Shown: positions 12,514-19,245 of the stretch, piece after piece
How positions within the stretch are numbered: position 1 is the stretch's first letter
Layout of the letters: each line of letters begins with the position of its first letter
NCBI GenBank assembly: GCA_964016885.1
Contig: CAXHJY010000191.1
Location: 1-19,245 of the forward strand
Origin: Eledone cirrhosa
Lineage: Eukaryota
Length of the DNA stretch: 19,245 nucleotides
Reading direction: 5' to 3'
Position numbers and translations under genes: made by a program
The notes under the pieces: model-generated
Told to the model about the DNA's origin: nothing
The model's database searches: none
What the model saw: only the letters and a program-made list of their open reading frames with translations

Positions 12514-12935
12514 TACCTATCTTCCGGCCTCTCTAGAGAATCGTAAAAGCACATATCGTTATATGCTTTTTCTATGAAAATTAGTAGTGGGCAGACCAAT
12601 TTGCATAGAGTGTGAGTAAGTACCGGTTCAACGGAGACGATAAAAACAAATAACGAAACGAAATTAAATTTTGTTTCATTTGTAACTCACTTTTGTATGA
12701 CTGACGCTTAAACAATTAAGTTAAAGATGTACATCCATATATGTATACTGAAATACTAGTATGTATATGAATACACACACGTATACATATGTAGATGTAC
12801 CAAGTTTTTTCACTGGTCACTTTACTGTGAGTGGCCAGCTATTCTGTATGTAAACACACAGACAAACCGGTTTTTAGAGTCATACTGGTTTTTGAGGAAA
12901 CACCTTTCCTCTATTCTTCAGAAAGCCAGACAGGG

Positions 12936-12980
12936 AACATTGAACTAGTTTCGTTGTTGTTACAACTCATCAGCAATATT
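12936..12980 (-). ncRNA. Minimal type I hammerhead ribozyme (family D, unit 4)
   Basis: Identical to 11535-11579. Confidence 0.92.
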
Positions 12981-13402
12981 TACCTATCTTCCGGCCTCTC
13001 TAGAGAATCGTAAAAGCACATATCGTTATATGCTTTTTCTATGAAAATTAGTAGTGGGCAGACCAATTTGCATAGAGTGTGAGTAAGTACCGGTTCAACG
13101 GAGACGATAAAAACAAATAACGAAACGAAATTAAATTTCGTTTCATTTGTAACTCACTTTTGTATGACTGACGCTTAAACAATTAAGTTAAAGATGTACA
13201 TCCATATATGTATACTGAAATACTAGTATGTATATGAATACACACACGTATACATATGTAGATGTACCAAGTTTTTTCACTGGTCACTTTACTGTGAGTG
13301 GCCAGCTATTCTGTATGTAAACACACAGACAAACCGGTTTTTAGAGTCATACTGGTTTTTGAGGAAACACCTTTCCTCTATTCTTCAGAAAGCCAGACAA
13401 GG

Positions 13403-13447
13403 AACATTGAACTAGTTTCGTTGTTGTTACAACTCATCAGCAATATT
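13403..13447 (-). ncRNA. Minimal type I hammerhead ribozyme (family D, unit 5)
   Basis: Identical to 11535-11579. Confidence 0.92.
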
Positions 13448-13869
13448 TACCTATCTTCCGGCCTCTCTAGAGAATCGTAAAAGCACATATCGTTATATGC
13501 TTTTTCTATGAAAATTAGTAGTGGGCAGACCAATTTGCATAGAGTGTGAGTAAGTACCGGTTCAACGGAGACGATAAAAACAAATAACGAAACGAAATTA
13601 AATTTCGTTTCATTTGTAACTCACTTTTGTATGACTGACGCTTAAACAATTAAGTTAAAGATGTACATCCATATATGTATACTGAAATACTAGTATGTAT
13701 ATGAATACACACACGTATACATATGTAGATGTACCAAGTTTTTTCACTGGTCACTTTACTGTGAGTGGCCAGCTATTCTGTATGTAAACACACAGACAAA
13801 CCGGTTTTTAGAGTCATACTGGTTTTTGAGGAAACACCTTTCCTCTATTCTTCAGAAAGCCAGACAAGG

Positions 13870-13914
13870 AACATTGAACTAGTTTCGTTGTTGTTACAAC
13901 TCATCAGCAATATT
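13870..13914 (-). ncRNA. Minimal type I hammerhead ribozyme (family D, unit 6)
   Basis: Identical to 11535-11579. Confidence 0.92.
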
Positions 13915-14336
13915 TACCTATCTTCCGGCCTCTCTAGAGAATCGTAAAAGCACATATCGTTATATGCTTTTTCTATGAAAATTAGTAGTGGGCAGACCAA
14001 TTTGCATAGAGTGTGAGTAAGTACCGGTTCAACGGAGACGATAAAAACAAATAGCGAAACGAAATTAAATTTCGTTTCATTTGTAACTCACTTTTGTATG
14101 ACTGACGCTTAAACAATTAAGTTAAAGATGTACATCCATATATGTATACTGAAATACTAGTATGTATATGAATACACACACGTATACATATGTAGATGTA
14201 CCAAGTTTTTTCACTGGTCACTTTACTGTGAGTGGCCAGCTATTCTGTATGTAAACACACAGACAAACCGGTTTTTAGAGTCATACTGGTTTTTGAGGAA
14301 ACACCTTTCCTCTATTCTTCAGAAAGCCAGACAAGG

Positions 14337-14381
14337 AACATTGAACTAGTTTCGTTGTTGTTACAACTCATCAGCAATATT
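14337..14381 (-). ncRNA. Minimal type I hammerhead ribozyme (family D, unit 7)
   Basis: Identical to 11535-11579. Confidence 0.92.
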
Positions 14382-14703
14382 TACCTATCTTCCGGCCTCT
14401 CTAGAGAATCGTAAAAGCACATATCGTTATATGCTTTTTCTATGAAAATTAGTAGTGGGCAGACCAATTTGCATAGAGTGTGAGTAAGTACCGGTTCAAC
14501 GGAGACGATAAAAACAAATAACGAAACGAAATTAAATTTCGTTTCATTTGTAACTCACTTTTGTATGACTGACGCTTAAACAATTAAGTTAAAGATGTAC
14601 ATCCATATATGTATACTGAAATACTAGTATGTATATGAATACACACACGTATACATATGTAGATGTACCAAGTTTTTTCACTGGTCACTTTACTGTGAGT
14701 GGC

Positions 14704-15230
14704 CATACAAAAGTGAGTTACAAATGAAACGAAATTTAATTTCGTTTCGTTATTTGTTTTTATCGTCTCCGTTGAACCGGTACTTACTCACACTCTATGC
14801 AAATTGGTCTGCCCACTACTAATTTTCATAGAAAAAGCATATAACGATATGTGCTTTTACGATTCTCTAGAGAGGCCGGAAGATAGGTAAATATTGCTGA
14901 TGAGTTGTAACAACAACGAAACTAGTTCAATGTTCCTTGTCTGGCTTTCTGAAGAATAGAGGAAAGGTGTTTCCTCAAAAACCAGTATGACTCTAAAAAC
15001 CGGTTTGTCTGTGTGTTTACATACAGAATAGCTGGCCACTCACAGTAAAGTGACCAGTGAAAAAACTTGGTACATCTACATATGTATACGTGTGTGTATT
15101 CATATACATACTAGTATTTCAGTATACATATATGGATGTACATCTTTAACTTAATTGTTTAAGCGTCAGTCATACAAAAGTGAGTTACAAATGAAACAAA
15201 ATTTAATTTCGTTTCGTTATTTGTTTTTAT
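14704..15230 (+). mobile_element. Family D inverted arm (1.13 units)
   Basis: Reverse complement of the 467-bp unit; the junction has 2-nt microhomology (CA, 14704-14705). Confidence 0.92.
14890..14934 (+). ncRNA. Minimal type I hammerhead ribozyme (family D, inverted arm)
   Basis: CTGATGA 14897-14903, GAAA 14918-14921, CTAG, predicted cleavage after T14927. Stem I can extend via AGG/CCT past a 2-nt bulge. Confidence 0.92.
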
Positions 15231-15348
15231 ATATATATATATATAGGTATATATATATATATAGGTATATATATATATAGGTATATATATATATATATAT
15301 AGGTATATATATATATATATATAGGTATATATATATATATATATATAT

Positions 15349-15395
<47 letters not shown>

Positions 15396-15420
15396 TATAT
15401 ATATATATATATATATATAA

Positions 15421-15475
<55 letters not shown>

Positions 15476-15564
15476 TATATATATATATATAAGTATATAT
15501 ATATATATAAGTATATATATATATAAGTATATATATATATAGGTATATATATATATAAGTATAT
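15231..15564. repeat. (TA)n microsatellite, AGGT then AAGT type
   Basis: Direct reading. Confidence 0.95.
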
Positions 15565-15588
15565 ATATTTATTAAAATAACAGATTAA

Positions 15589-15639
15589 AGTTTAAGCAAA
15601 GAATCGCTGCTTTCACCCTTAACGGGATCTTCTGAAACT
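15589..15639 (-). ncRNA. Atypical type I hammerhead-like motif (U4A core; family E)
   Basis: AGTTT-CAGAAGA-T-CCC GTTAA GGG-T-GAAA-GCAG CGATTCT TTGC-TT-AAACT; all three stems are in the correct order. Confidence 0.6.
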
Positions 15640-15722
15640 AACAAAGTCAATCTGTAAACGCAGAGCTGGATATTTCAAAAAAACGTTGCAACCGGAGGAA
15701 GACAGGAAGACGATACTTTGGT

Positions 15723-16043
15723 TCATGGTGACGTTCGCTGGCAAAGAACGGGAAAAAACGAATAATACGTCATTAATAGGAGCGGTGAAAAACAATTACG
15801 TGCAAGGACAGAACCACGTTTATGGTATGTGATTTTAAACCCAGCATCGCTGATTTCATTGATGACACACCGATTAGTTTTACGGTAATCCTTAGCTGCT
15901 TTTCGCGGATTATCGTAATAAAAGGCACGCCAACGCAACCTTTTAATGAACGCGTCTGTTTTCTGTATCAGGAGTTTTAGGTATGTTTTCCTGCTTGGTA
16001 CGGGTATGTTCTTTGTAGAAATATTCAGATGTTGTTTCTGCAT
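15723..16043 (-). pseudogene. Remnant PLE ORF: N-terminus of a Penelope-type RT/GIY-YIG polyprotein, with RT and endonuclease deleted
   Basis: STKNIPVPSRKTYLKLLIQKTDAFIKRLRWRAFYY...GFK matches, from recall, the SxKNIPxP...FIKRMRWKA...GFK N-terminal signature of invertebrate PLE proteins. Not database-verified. Confidence 0.7.
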
Positions 16044-16340
16044 GATGAATATAAGTCAGTAGAGTGCTCAACCGAAGGAGCCAAATAGTAATAATAATAA
16101 AATTGAAGACTAAATCCAGAGAGGGTTCGATAAGGAAAATATATATCAAATATATAAGAACCGAAGAGCAAATATTTATTAAAATAACAGATTCACCGCT
16201 CCTATTAATGACGTATTATTCGTTTTTTCCCGTTCTTTGCCAGCGAACGTCACCATGAACCAAAGTATCGTCTTCCTGTCTTCCTCCGGTTGCAACGTTT
16301 TTTGAAATATCCTGTTCTGCGTTTACAGATTGACTTTGTT

Positions 16341-16391
16341 AGTTTCAGAATATCCCGTTAAGGGTGAAAGCAGCGATTCTTTGCTTAAACT
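16341..16391 (+). ncRNA. Family E hammerhead-like motif with additional G8U change (probably inactive)
   Basis: Core reads CAGAATA (16346-16352); otherwise as at 15589-15639. Confidence 0.5.
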
Positions 16392-16502
16392 TTAATCTGT
16401 TATTTTAATAAATATTTGCTCTTCGGTTCTTATATATTTGATATATATTTTCCTTATTGAGCCCTCTCTGGATTTAGACTTCAATTTTATTATTATTACT
16501 AT

Positions 16503-18610
<2,108 letters not shown>

Positions 18611-19165
18611 GATATTTCGTTTCTGAATTTGTTTAGCAAGATTCTTTATCTGAAATCGTGTGTTGAAACCGATATTGTTATACTTTGGGAGGGTCATGTT
18701 GCAAATAAGAAACACACGCACCAGTTGCTTTCACTTCAATTTATTATATATTTATAAATTTATAAATTTACAAATTTACGAACTTATAAATTTTTGGTTG
18801 GTTGGTTGGTTCCGCAACCAGATAGTTGTTTATATATAATCATAGTCCTTTCGTCACACACTCTGTGACCTCTTCAGTGACTGGGGATTCCTTTCCTTTG
18901 TTTCTGTGCCTTTCCTTTCTTCTCTCCTACGCTATTTTGTTTCTGTATGTATGTTGTGTGCTCAGTTTGCGCATGCGCCACATCCGGGTGTCTGTGTGTG
19001 TTTGTGTTCATTTATCTATTTGTTTATTTATTTATTTATTTATTGTTGGTTGGTTGTTTGTTCTATGTGTGTGTGTGTTTTCATTTTGTCCTGTGTGTGT
19101 TTTCATTTCGTCCTTAATTGTAAGTTGTGATGTTGCTGTTCCACTCATATTTTCTATTTAATTTA
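18611..19165. mobile_element. PLE/retrozyme-like island (family F), non-coding
   Basis: Unique island between (TA)n tracts with an HHR at 18838-18882, short AAATTTAT repeats, (TTGG)n and T-rich sequence. It may be composite. Confidence 0.5.
18838..18882 (-). ncRNA. Minimal type I hammerhead ribozyme (family F)
   Basis: Minus strand: AGTCA-CTGAAGA-G-GTCACA GAGTG TGTGAC-GAAA-GGAC-TA-TGATT; 5-bp stem I (one G-U), 6-bp stem II. Confidence 0.75.
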
Positions 19166-19245
19166 TAGGTATATATATATAGATATATATATATAGGTAG
19201 ATATATATATATATATATATACCTATATCTATATATATATATATA

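Larger units (their letters stand above)
11311..14705 (-). mobile_element. Family D: 467-bp tandem array (7.3 units), candidate non-LTR retrozyme
   Basis: Units start at 11311, 11778, 12245, 12712, 13179, 13646, 14113, 14580. I saw only three substitutions (12672, 12933, 14054). One HHR per full unit on the minus strand. Confidence 0.92.
15565..16502. mobile_element. Family E: internally deleted Penelope-like element, 607-bp unit on the minus strand plus an inverted arm
   Basis: TATTTATTAAAATAACAGATT recurs at 607-bp spacing. 16192-16415 inverts 15565-15789 and 16393-16502 inverts 16085-16193. Carries a PLE-type ORF start and an HHR-like motif. Confidence 0.85.

Noticed and set aside
11311-14705. 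CRISPR-like array
   Set aside because: Units are identical along their whole length; no unique spacers and no cas genes.
11430-15039. Eight copies of a 60-aa ORF (MASYSVCK...)
   Set aside because: GTG start in a eukaryotic context, no recognisable domain, antisense to the ribozyme; identity just reflects the repeat.
15943-16258. ORFs 15943-16149 (-) and 16064-16258 (+)
   Set aside because: Non-ATG starts, and they arise from the inverted duplication; shared peptide ends are a repeat artefact.

Overview
Eukaryotic, gene-free, repeat-saturated window. The repeat tails resemble those I associate with octopus/cephalopod genomes, which is an inference. More than half of it is interrupted (TA)n microsatellite, and all YI-rich ORFs are artefacts of it. 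Islands between the microsatellite blocks are retroelement remnants: three RTE-clade LINE/SINE 3' ends with (GAT)n tails, one CR1-group LINE 3' end with an (AGTAAAAG)n tail, and six unrelated Penelope-like (PLE)/retrozyme families. Together these six families carry 16 type I hammerhead ribozyme (HHR) motifs. The centrepiece is a near-identical 467-bp tandem array (7.3 direct units plus 1.1 inverted units) with a textbook minimal HHR in every full unit, i.e. a candidate non-LTR retrozyme making ~467-nt circular RNA. Four of the HHR families share one architecture: two arms joined head-to-head, with the outer 3' ends running into (TA)n. Their 3' ends repeatedly sit just upstream of a CTCC/CTCT-containing motif, a candidate priming-boundary signal. 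Ribozyme calls come from manual base-pair inspection only; nothing was computed or searched.
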